Assembly (NCBI GenBank): GCA_029263395.1
Contig: JAJCXO010000184.1
Coordinates: 39,838-103,837, forward strand
Origin: Acidobacteriota bacterium
GTDB taxonomy: Bacteria > Acidobacteriota > Thermoanaerobaculia > Multivoradales > J023
Length of the DNA stretch: 64,000 bases
Direction of reading: 5' to 3'
The first letter of the stretch is position 1, and each line of letters starts with the position of its first letter. The position numbers were made by a program, and so were the translations under genes. The notes beneath the pieces were generated by a model. The model saw nothing but the letters and a program-made list of their open reading frames with translations. It was not told where the DNA came from and searched no databases. Positions 18,613 through 27,198 of the stretch are shown one piece after another.

Positions 18613-20626
18613 TCGAACTCTGTATGCCACCGCGTTTCTGTTGGCTGCATTCACCGTAAGCCACCCCCTCTTTAGCGCTCCCTTACCCTGGGAGACCTGG
18701 CAAGATCTCCACCGCCTGCCCGTGCTCCACCAGGGTAGCCAGACATTGTTGCGCTCGAGCCACTGCCCGGATGGCTGCCGTTTCGACCGCCACTCGGAGG
18801 GTGATTGGCGATACATCTATGTCGACGGCGAAGAAGGGACTATTTTCGAAGAGTCTGGAGCCGGCGCCATCACCCGCCTCTGGATGACCACCGGCATCGG
18901 TGGGGTCAGCACGCCGCTCGATTCCGATGTACGACTCAGAATCTACCTCGACGGCTCGTCGAGCCCGACGCTCGACGTTCCCTTACCCGCACTTTTCGAC
19001 GGCTCAACCCCACCCTTTGTGTCGCCATTGGTCGGCGACCGTCTGACCTCGAGTGGCGGCAACTTCAGCTACGTTCCGATCCCTTACCGCGACGGATGTC
19101 GGGTAAGCCTGGTCGGAGCCGACAAGACAAGGCTCTGGTACCAAGTCAACTTCCATCGACTTGGCGAAGCCGAGGACGTCACTAGCTTCACCGGCGACGA
19201 AGATCTTTCGACATTCGCCGACCTCCTGTCCCAGCAAGGCACCGATCCCTGGCCCCCTGGCAGTGGCAGTTTCAGCTCCGGCTCGGTGGTTCTCGAACCG
19301 GGTACCCAACATAACCTCCAAACCATCGAGGGACACGGATCCCTGACTGCCCTGATTCTCGGAGTCGATCCAGCTCAATGGTCGGACGTCGAGCTGCGGT
19401 TGACGTTCGACGATCAGCCAACAGTCCAGATGCGACTAGAAGATTTTTTCGCAATCGGCAGGGTTGGCCCGATACCCACCCGCTCCCTATTGATTGGGCT
19501 CGACGCGGTTGACAACCTCTACTCCTACTTTCCAATGCCGTTCTTCGAGAACGCCCGTATCGGGCTGTTCCACCATGGCTCTGCGGCCACTACGGCGAAC
19601 TATCAAGTACGGATCGACAACACTGAGCCGCTGGCAACAAGTGGCCTATTTGGTGCTCAGTTTAGACGCACCGAGGCCACCACAACCGGCATCGACTTCC
19701 CGACGATGGTGCTCGATGGGCACGGTAAGTTAGTTGGGACTTTTCTCGAGCTTGGTGCGACTATCCCTGGCCTGCGGGACTATCTAGAAGGCGATGAGCG
19801 CATCTTTGTCGATCACTCTCCGCACCCAGTGATTTACGGAACCGGCGTAGAAGATGCCTTCAACGGCGGCTTCTACTTCGATGCAGGTCCGTTCTCGAGG
19901 GCGCTTCACGGCGCTCCCTACACCGAGCTCGAGGTTGAAGGCCTACCCTACACCGCTGCCTACCGCTTGATGCTGACCGACGGTCCCACCTTCGAAAGCC
20001 GGCTCGCGGCAGGTCTCGAGAGTGGGCCGACAGGCAATGTCTCGATGGCCGCACGATCGGTCACTTGGTTCTACCGCCAACAGCCGACGCGGCTCCACCT
20101 CTGGGACGGTGTCGATCTAGGGAGTCCGACCGATCGCCTGAACCATCGCTACAAGGTAGACGGGCCACACACGTTCAAGCCGCTCGACGCGCTGTTCGAG
20201 GGTGAGCCACCTGTTTCGGCCACCGGAAGCGGTGTTTACCGGCCTCCTGGAACCGCCAGTTTTGTGCTTACCACTCACCCGACATCAACGCGTTTTCGTA
20301 TAAGGCAGCGACTCGACGCTGGCATGGGAGGCCAACGGGCAACGATCCTAGTTGGCGGCAAAGTAGCAGGTCGCTTTCCCGCGGTTGACATCAACAATGC
20401 TCGTCGGTGGCGTGAGGTCGACATCGATCTAAGCTCCCTGGCTCCAGCTCCGACAGAGCTTCAGATCACAGTCGTCGCCGAGGCAGGACCACCGGACGGA
20501 GATTCAGACACGTTTACCGCATTCCGCTACGAACTGTGGGCGGATGGCGAAGGATCGATTTTCGCCGACGGCTTCGAGTCAGGGGACCTGCTGGCGTGGA
20601 GCGGCTCCGGCTCAGCCAAAAACTGA
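18593..20626 (+). CDS. secreted DUF2961 / glycoside hydrolase family 172-like protein
   Basis: The track ORF starts at 18488 inside the repeat array. ATG at 18593 gives a clean signal peptide (MVLQKQNRTLYATAFLLAAFTVSHPLFSA). DUF2961-like motifs are present (WRYIYVDGEEG, GAGAITRLWMTT, GDERIFVDHSPHPVIYGTGVEDAFNGGFYF). It ends with DGFESGDLLAWSGSG. Confidence 0.55.
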   Translation: MVLQKQNRTLYATAFLLAAFTVSHPLFSAPLPWETWQDLHRLPVLHQGSQTLLRSSHCPDGCRFDRHSEGDWRYIYVDGEEGTIFEESGAGAITRLWMTTGIGGVSTPLDSDVRLRIYLDGSSSPTLDVPLPALFDGSTPPFVSPLVGDRLTSSGGNFSYVPIPYRDGCRVSLVGADKTRLWYQVNFHRLGEAEDVTSFTGDEDLSTFADLLSQQGTDPWPPGSGSFSSGSVVLEPGTQHNLQTIEGHGSLTALILGVDPAQWSDVELRLTFDDQPTVQMRLEDFFAIGRVGPIPTRSLLIGLDAVDNLYSYFPMPFFENARIGLFHHGSAATTANYQVRIDNTEPLATSGLFGAQFRRTEATTTGIDFPTMVLDGHGKLVGTFLELGATIPGLRDYLEGDERIFVDHSPHPVIYGTGVEDAFNGGFYFDAGPFSRALHGAPYTELEVEGLPYTAAYRLMLTDGPTFESRLAAGLESGPTGNVSMAARSVTWFYRQQPTRLHLWDGVDLGSPTDRLNHRYKVDGPHTFKPLDALFEGEPPVSATGSGVYRPPGTASFVLTTHPTSTRFRIRQRLDAGMGGQRATILVGGKVAGRFPAVDINNARRWREVDIDLSSLAPAPTELQITVVAEAGPPDGDSDTFTAFRYELWADGEGSIFADGFESGDLLAWSGSGSAKN

Positions 20627-20926
20627 CTCGTGCCGCATCCCCTCGTCGCCGGGTCCCAGTGTCACGAGGAAAATCCCAATCTCACCGAGGGTCTCGTTAG
20701 CCACCGTGAAGGTCCCTTGCTGAAGCTGGACGTCTTTAGGTCCACGAAAAATCACCGAGAAGGGCTGTCGCAGGTCGAGGCTGGCATCGGGGGCGGTCAG
20801 CCCACGCACCTCGATCAACTCGGTCTCGACTGGTTCCTGTTCATTGACGTAAATCAAGAACTTCTGATTAAGGCACTTGGAAAAGTCTTCCTTCGTCAGC
20901 TTTTCGAGGTGTACGGCTTCAGCCAT
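20612..20926 (-). CDS. hypothetical protein (104 aa)
   Basis: An ORF 8 nt-overlapped with the upstream GNAT gene on the same strand, suggesting an operon. No recognisable motif. Confidence 0.4.
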   Translation of the reverse strand: MAEAVHLEKLTKEDFSKCLNQKFLIYVNEQEPVETELIEVRGLTAPDASLDLRQPFSVIFRGPKDVQLQQGTFTVANETLGEIGIFLVTLGPGDEGMRHESVFG

Positions 20927-21437
20927 CGGTACGAATCTCCTTGGGGCTAGTTCCCGGGGTCCATTCCATGAGGTGATAGACGCCTTGTTCCTCGATCTTT
21001 TCGAAGCCTAACCGAAGATAAAGGCGCATCGCAGGATTGTTTTCTTCGACATGGATCCGCACTAGCAAATTGGCTGCTGCGCCTTCTGCAAGGATGTCCT
21101 GCATGATGGCACCACCGAGCCCGCTGCCACGGTGATCCGGTAGCAAAGCGATATCGATCAATCGAATCTCGTCTTCGCGCCGATCGATATACAAGCGTCC
21201 TATCGGCTTGTCGTCCAGCAGGATGAGGTCAAATTCCGCTTGTGGAAAATGCTCCATGTAGTACTTGTGCTGAGCATCAAACTGGAATAGCAGGAAATCC
21301 GCTTTCTCCTGCTCGGTCCACGGCACCATGGCCATCTCGTCAGCACGCGTCGAAGCGTAAACTTTGCGCAGGAAAAAGCGATCGGCATCGGTGATCGAGC
21401 GCAGCTTGACGGGCGCTTGTTTTGATCGCGAATTCAC
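20919..21437 (-). CDS. GNAT family N-acetyltransferase
   Basis: The acetyl-CoA binding motif A (LLPDHRGSGLGGAIM) and the GNAT fold pattern (IHVEENNPAMRLYLRLGF) are present. Confidence 0.8.
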   Translation of the reverse strand: MNSRSKQAPVKLRSITDADRFFLRKVYASTRADEMAMVPWTEQEKADFLLFQFDAQHKYYMEHFPQAEFDLILLDDKPIGRLYIDRREDEIRLIDIALLPDHRGSGLGGAIMQDILAEGAAANLLVRIHVEENNPAMRLYLRLGFEKIEEQGVYHLMEWTPGTSPKEIRTDG

Positions 21438-21565
21438 AACGAACGAAGACTACACCGTCATCGCCAGAGGGTCCACTAGGCGACTAGCCAACCCTCAATT
21501 TCGACTCGGTCATCCAATGAATTCGGTCTAGCTGATCATTCGCTTTACCTTTGCACCTGCTGTAC

Positions 21566-21760
21566 TGGTCGAGATAGTCATTGACTCGACCAGTACAGCA
21601 GGTGCATTGGTCTAGCTAGTCATTGGCTCGACCGTTATATCCGTTGATTTGGTCTAGCTAGTCATTGGCTCGACCGTTACATCCGTTGATTTGGTCGAGC
21701 TAGTCATTGGCTCGACCGTTACATCCGTTGCATTGGTCGAGCGAGTCATTTGGCAGACCC
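21566..21760. promoter_or_regulatory. tandem array of about 5 x 42-bp units, each containing the palindrome GGTCGAGC-N9-GCTCGACC (putative operator array)
   Basis: Read directly. Units start near 21566, 21608, 21650, 21692 and 21734. The array sits about 130 bp upstream of the GNAT start on the minus strand and 3' of the secreted protein gene 21839..22519. Confidence 0.7.
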
Positions 21761-21838
21761 TTACCTGCCACGAATCGGTCAAGCCAAAGCTGCCTTCAGA
21801 TCATGCGTTAATCGGAGAATCCCCTGACAACGTGTCTG

Positions 21839-22519
21839 TCAGTTCCAGCCCGAGACATCTCCCGATTCAAAACTGTCTGTGAAGATATCAACCCGCAGAA
21901 TCTGCAGACCATTGAGCGCAGCGCCAAGAGACTCATCCGCACCTGGGACGATGCCGGAGTGAAGGTCGAGACTCCCCTCCGCATCGACGACCGCAAGGTG
22001 TCTGGAGTAGGAGATCAGTTCGTCGTGCTGCCCTGACCAGACGCCACCGACGATGGAAAACGGATTCCCCGCTTCTTGATCAACGTCGGAATAACTCGAC
22101 ACCGCTGGATCCGGCATCCGGGCGTAAACCAAGACTTCATAGGTGCCAGGCTCGAGGTTGTTCATGAAGATGCAGGACTCGAGCCCGGCATTAAAGGTGA
22201 TGAGGAAGTCGTCGAGCAGTTCGGCATCGTCACCAGTGACCGTAGGATCTGGTAGGTCCATCAAGTCCAAGCCGCCGATCTGGGTCAGGGTGACGGCGGT
22301 CGGGTTTCCATGGATATCAACCAACTCTGGACTGGTCGCACCATGCGTCGCCGGGTCGACGTTCCACACCCCGGCTCGACCAGCGGCAGCGTAGGTTGCG
22401 GGCGGCCCTGTCCCGGGCTCCCCAACGTCGAGATTGATCGATTGCCCGCTCGCCATCGCTCCCGTCGAGAGCCAGACGAGCATGCAAGAACAACAAGCAA
22501 CAACTCGCGAGGAGATCAT
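21839..22519 (-). CDS. secreted hypothetical protein (226 aa) with C-terminal FESGD..W motif
   Basis: Signal peptide MISSRVVACCSCMLVWLSTGAMASG. The C-terminus DIFTDSFESGDVSGWN resembles the C-terminus of the GH172-like protein. Confidence 0.5.
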   Translation of the reverse strand: MISSRVVACCSCMLVWLSTGAMASGQSINLDVGEPGTGPPATYAAAGRAGVWNVDPATHGATSPELVDIHGNPTAVTLTQIGGLDLMDLPDPTVTGDDAELLDDFLITFNAGLESCIFMNNLEPGTYEVLVYARMPDPAVSSYSDVDQEAGNPFSIVGGVWSGQHDELISYSRHLAVVDAEGSLDLHSGIVPGADESLGAALNGLQILRVDIFTDSFESGDVSGWN

Positions 22520-22582
22520 CTTTGAATTGTATCAAAGGCAACAGGTCCCGCCTCGGGTAGCGAATCTGCTAGAGATTGCTCT

Positions 22583-24004
22583 CTAGAGTTCGCCTTCCAC
22601 CTCGACGACGGCTGCGGGACTCATGGTGACCGTCAGGTAAGTCGGCCGAACACCACCATGCCGGTCGCGGTCTTGCTGGGGAGAAACCGACTGGCCAGGG
22701 AATCGCAACTCACAACTCGTCACCTCGATCGAGGACTCGAGGGAGGCTTCACTTCCCGCGAGCTGAACAATACACGGTGCCTGCAGGCGTACCCAGGCAT
22801 GCCCCTCGCCGGTCAAGGTCAACGAGGGCTTTCCGCTGACACCGCGCAGATCCAGATCGAGCTCCGAACCAACCATCTCGAGAGTTTTCAGTTGGGCGAT
22901 GCGACGAATCGAAACTTCCGCTCCAGATCCATTCAGGGTCAGCTGGTCGATCTCGTCTGCTTCCAGACGCGCATCGGTGACTTTGGCGTCGATTGCGCCC
23001 TGGACCCCACTGAGCCAACCTTCCGCTCCATCCGATAGATCCAGATTGAGGCTGCCGTGGATCCCCACAAACTCGACTCGGGTACCGGACCACGCGGTGG
23101 CTTGGATTGCGGCGTTCAACTCGGTACCCCGCAGGCTACCGCCTTCGAGACTTGCCGTGACCGTGCCCCAGACCCGTTCCAGGTCGAGTTCGAGGTCGCT
23201 TCCTTCCACTGTCCAACGTTTGCGGACCTCCGCCCCTCGAACTTCGAGGACCGAATTGCGGGCCGCGATCTCAACATCACCGCGCCATGCGTCGAAGGCA
23301 AGATGTGCACCACTTGCTGTGCCCTGAACGGTTCCCTCGCCACCCGCGATCTCGAGACTGCCGCCTTCGAGATGCGTCACGATCTCGCCAGCGTGGTCAG
23401 CAATCACGAGATTAGACTCACCAGCTGTAGCCTCTAGACGGCCGCTATGGCCATTCACTTGCGCCAAGCTGTCGTCGAGCGTCACGAGGAGCATCCCGTC
23501 CGTGCCGGTCAACGATACCGTACTGGCAACACTTTTGACTTCGGAGACCCGGACCCCGGATAGGTCCGCCGTCGACTGCTCGAGGTCGAGACGGTAAGCC
23601 GTATGCCCAGAGCCTTCTGGCAGCCCATGTTCGGCGTGGACCGAGAGATCGGCGCCCTGGATGTGCACGGACCGCCCTGGCCCGAGCGCCACGTCGAGAC
23701 GTAGGCGCGGCAAGTCGGCATCGTGGCCAACATCGGTTCGGCGGATGGTCAAGGTACCGCCTGAAGACACTGCTTCCAGGCTGGTGCTCTCCCCCACCGT
23801 CGTGACTCGAGCTCGCATCACCGGCAGGTGGTCAACCCGACCTGTAAAGTAGAGGTCCGCGTGATTCAACTCCAAAACAAGCTTCGAGTCGACACCCAGC
23901 GGTAACTCCCCCGGCAGTTCCAAGGTTGTGGCTCCTAGCCAACTTGGGGCCGCCGAGACCAAGGTCAGAAGCGCGGCGAGATGAAGGCCAAAGCAGAATC
24001 GCAA
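22583..24004 (-). CDS. secreted repetitive beta-rich protein (DUF4097/adhesin-like)
   Basis: Signal peptide (MRFCFGLHLAALLTLVSAAPS). Degenerate repeated segments are present (LEGGSL.G., GSDLELDLERV, GSELDLDLRGV), typical of beta-helical putative adhesin domains. Confidence 0.45.
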   Translation of the reverse strand: MRFCFGLHLAALLTLVSAAPSWLGATTLELPGELPLGVDSKLVLELNHADLYFTGRVDHLPVMRARVTTVGESTSLEAVSSGGTLTIRRTDVGHDADLPRLRLDVALGPGRSVHIQGADLSVHAEHGLPEGSGHTAYRLDLEQSTADLSGVRVSEVKSVASTVSLTGTDGMLLVTLDDSLAQVNGHSGRLEATAGESNLVIADHAGEIVTHLEGGSLEIAGGEGTVQGTASGAHLAFDAWRGDVEIAARNSVLEVRGAEVRKRWTVEGSDLELDLERVWGTVTASLEGGSLRGTELNAAIQATAWSGTRVEFVGIHGSLNLDLSDGAEGWLSGVQGAIDAKVTDARLEADEIDQLTLNGSGAEVSIRRIAQLKTLEMVGSELDLDLRGVSGKPSLTLTGEGHAWVRLQAPCIVQLAGSEASLESSIEVTSCELRFPGQSVSPQQDRDRHGGVRPTYLTVTMSPAAVVEVEGEL

Positions 24005-24060
24005 ACAGTCTCTCCATCGGTTTCAGTAAAACCGGGCGCTGTTAGTAAAACCGGACGCTG

Positions 24061-27000
24061 TTGAGTTTACTCGACTCGAGACGTTTCGACCGCTGCTATG
24101 ATGCGCCGGTGAAACTCGACCCGCGGTTCCTACTCCTGATCGCCTGTTTTGTCCTCTCGGGTTTCGCCGGCCTGATCTACGAAACGGTCTGGACGCAACA
24201 GTTCGCCGTCGTCTTCGGCACCTCTGAACTAGCGTTGTCGATGGTGCTTGCGGCCTACATGGCGGGACTGGCCTTGGGAGCCGCGCTCGCCGCACGCTGG
24301 GCCAGCCGAGTCCGGCGGCCGATTCTGATCTACGCCGTCCTCGAACTAGGTATCGGTCTCGCGGCACTGGCGGTGCCAGCCCTGATCGAAGCCGCTAGCT
24401 GGCTCCAGGTCGTGCTGCTGGGAGGTACTGAGCTGCCGGCGGCAGCGTCCACCGGGTCGGCTCTCTATGTGCTGGTCTCGTCGTTTCTCATCCTCCTGCT
24501 GCCGACCACGATGATGGGCGCCACGCTGCCGCTGCTGGTACGCCAGGCGGTGCGCCAGCCGCAGGAGATCGGCCGACGGATCAGTGCGCTGTATGCCGCC
24601 AATACCGCTGGCGCCGCGGCCGGGACTCTGGTGGCGGCATTTCTTCTTATGCCTCGAATCGGCCTCGGGCCCACGGTGTGGTGTGCTGCGGCGGTGAACC
24701 TCGCAGTTTTTCTGCTGGCGGCTGTCCTGGCTCGCGGAACGCCCCAAGAACTGGTCGCAGCGGACCGGATCGACGGCACACCCACCAGCCACTCACCCAC
24801 CAACGGGTGGATCCTGCCATTGATCCTGATCTCGGGTGCGGTCTCATTTACTTGGGAGATCCTCTGGACTCGGCTCTTGGGTCACATCCTCGGCGGCAGT
24901 GTCTACGCCTTCGCCACCATGCTCGCGACCTTCCTAACCGGTCTGGCTCTTGGATCGGCGGCGGCAGCCAAGATGACGTCGACTCCGGAACGGGCACGAC
25001 GTGGCTTCGTCGCTGCCCAACTCGCCATCGCAGGCCTGTCGTGCGCCGCGTTCTCGACCGTGGATCACCTTCCTGCCCTGGCGCGCCGGCTCCACGCGGC
25101 GGATAACCTTTTCAGCAGCGGAGCGATACTCTCCGCTGCTACTCTCTTGCCGGGGGCGATTGCTATCGGTGCAACCTTCCCCCTGGCGGTCCGCATGCTG
25201 GCTCGCGACACCCACGACGCCACCCGAGCCAGCGCTCGTGTGATGGTCTGGAATACGCTCGGAGCCATCACAGGCTCGCTGGCAGCCGGTTACGTCTTGC
25301 TGCCGGCTCTGCAATTCGCCACCACAGCCGCGGTCGCCACCGCGGTCAGTCTAATACTGGCGCTGAGTGTCGCGCTCGTCCGGCCTCGGCGACACATCTT
25401 GGCTGCGATGGCGTTGGTTGGCTTCGTGATGCTCGCAGCGATACAACCCACAACGCCGTGGTCGATTCTCCGTCGTGGCCCGCTGTCTCCCGACGAGGCT
25501 CCGGGTGAGGTTGTCCACTACGGTGTCGGCCAGAGTGCGACGGTGCTGTTGCTCGACCAACGTAGCGGGTGGCGGCTGACCACCAATGGGCTGCCAGAGT
25601 CGATCATCGACACGCCTTGGATGCGGCCAGGAAGAACCTTCATAGCCCATTGGTTGACCCTACTACCCTTCGCCGTGCGGCCCGAAACCCAGTCGCTAGT
25701 GGTCATTGGACTGGGGGGTGGAGTCACCGCGGAGGACGTCCCTCGGGCGGCCCAGGAGATCCACGTTATTGAACTCGAACCGGAGGTCATCCGAGCCAAC
25801 CAGTGGGCGGCGGCACGCCGACGTGTCGACCCTTTGGCAGATCCCCGGTTGCGGCTGACGGTCAACGACGCCCGGGGAGCTCTCAGGCTGACCAGACGAA
25901 GTTTTGACGCTATCGTTTCGCAACCCTCTCATCCTTGGACCTCCGGTGCGTCCCACCTCTTCACTCGCGAGTTCTTGCAGTTGGTGCGCGAGCGTTTGAC
26001 GCCGACTGGCGTCTTTGTTCAATGGATGGGTTTGCCATTCGTCGATGAGGCCTTGCTGAACTCCTTTGTCGCCACCGCGGTCGAAGTTTTCCCACACGTC
26101 GAGCTTTACCGTCCTGGGCCTGGAGCATTCTTGCTGCTGGCGTCTCCCGCCTCGCTCGAGATCGAACAGACCGCGGCGCGGACGATTGCCGACAGCCCTC
26201 ACCTGTGGTCCCGTCTGGGGGTCCTATGTCGTGAAGATATCCTCGCCGCTCGCGTGCTCGACAGCTCAGGCTCTCGACGCTTCGCCACTCAAGGCCAAGT
26301 CAGCACCGACGTCTTCAACCTGTTCCGCAACCGCTCTCCCAAGATCCTTGGTCACGCCCTGCAGCCCATCACTGCTGATCGAATGCTGGGCCCTTACGAA
26401 CCCTTGCTCGAAGTTTCCGCCGACATCGATCCACTCTACTTGGTACGGCGACTGATGCGCCAAGGCGCTGCTGGACGGGCCAGTCGGTTGGCCGAAGCGC
26501 AACAAGATCCAGGGATGCGTCAGGCGGCGATCGGTCTGGTCAAGCTAACGTCCAGAGCCCGCCAAGCCGGAGAGCAGGGCGCCAGTGAACAAAATGCAGG
26601 CGAGCTAGCCATGCGGCAGGCTCTCAGCCGGGTTTCCGACGCCGACAATTCGAGCACCGTCGAAGCGCTCCACGGGTTGCTTCTAGCGCGTTACCGGCAG
26701 CCCATCATCAACGGTGAGCCGGTATCGTTCACCAAGCGCTTTCCGAATGACCCGGCGGCGGCGGTGATCGCGGGTTGGCGCGCCTTGGGTGCGGAAGCTT
26801 GGGAGGAACTCGGGAGGCTCGAGCAACGCCTGGCGTTGGTGCAGCCACGCCACGCGTTGTTCCCGGAAGCAACGCGCCTGCGTGCCAGCTGGCGGACCGA
26901 AAGCGGCGATACAGCGATCGCTAGCCAAGCGTCCGCTCTACTCGAGCCGCTGCTGTCGCCTGTGCCGCGCCCTGCAGACCTCTTGCTCCTCGCTCGAGCC

Positions 27001-27198
27001 AGCGCCGCCGCCGACGAGCCACGGAAGGCATTGGCAGCACTCGACGAAGTGCTGCCCAGGCTTCCTCGCGGCTCTAAGTTGGCCAGCGAGGCGAGCCAGA
27101 TCCTTCGTTCCCTCCCCGCTGAACCTGGAGTCGAAACATGGCGGCAAGAGCTCAGGGAGCGCCTTCGTCGACCGATGAGCCCTCGTCCGCGGAGCTGA
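24061..27198 (+). CDS. fused MFS-like membrane domain / spermidine-synthase-like protein with long C-terminal helical extension
   Basis: The N-terminal roughly 450 aa are polytopic. The middle carries a spermidine-synthase-like SAM-fold (LVVIGLGGGVTAED...IHVIELEPEV...LTVNDARGAL...FDAIVSQPSHPWTSG). The C-terminal 400 aa are Ala/Leu/Arg-rich and helical. The start codon is uncertain. Confidence 0.7.
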   Translation: MSLLDSRRFDRCYDAPVKLDPRFLLLIACFVLSGFAGLIYETVWTQQFAVVFGTSELALSMVLAAYMAGLALGAALAARWASRVRRPILIYAVLELGIGLAALAVPALIEAASWLQVVLLGGTELPAAASTGSALYVLVSSFLILLLPTTMMGATLPLLVRQAVRQPQEIGRRISALYAANTAGAAAGTLVAAFLLMPRIGLGPTVWCAAAVNLAVFLLAAVLARGTPQELVAADRIDGTPTSHSPTNGWILPLILISGAVSFTWEILWTRLLGHILGGSVYAFATMLATFLTGLALGSAAAAKMTSTPERARRGFVAAQLAIAGLSCAAFSTVDHLPALARRLHAADNLFSSGAILSAATLLPGAIAIGATFPLAVRMLARDTHDATRASARVMVWNTLGAITGSLAAGYVLLPALQFATTAAVATAVSLILALSVALVRPRRHILAAMALVGFVMLAAIQPTTPWSILRRGPLSPDEAPGEVVHYGVGQSATVLLLDQRSGWRLTTNGLPESIIDTPWMRPGRTFIAHWLTLLPFAVRPETQSLVVIGLGGGVTAEDVPRAAQEIHVIELEPEVIRANQWAAARRRVDPLADPRLRLTVNDARGALRLTRRSFDAIVSQPSHPWTSGASHLFTREFLQLVRERLTPTGVFVQWMGLPFVDEALLNSFVATAVEVFPHVELYRPGPGAFLLLASPASLEIEQTAARTIADSPHLWSRLGVLCREDILAARVLDSSGSRRFATQGQVSTDVFNLFRNRSPKILGHALQPITADRMLGPYEPLLEVSADIDPLYLVRRLMRQGAAGRASRLAEAQQDPGMRQAAIGLVKLTSRARQAGEQGASEQNAGELAMRQALSRVSDADNSSTVEALHGLLLARYRQPIINGEPVSFTKRFPNDPAAAVIAGWRALGAEAWEELGRLEQRLALVQPRHALFPEATRLRASWRTESGDTAIASQASALLEPLLSPVPRPADLLLLARASAAADEPRKALAALDEVLPRLPRGSKLASEASQILRSLPAEPGVETWRQELRERLRRPMSPRPRS

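Noticed and set aside
21480-21760. Possible small ORF (21691..21882, 63 aa) across the 42-bp repeats
   Set aside because: It reads through the repeat units (VALVERVIWQT...). This is an artefact of repeat translation with no RBS.
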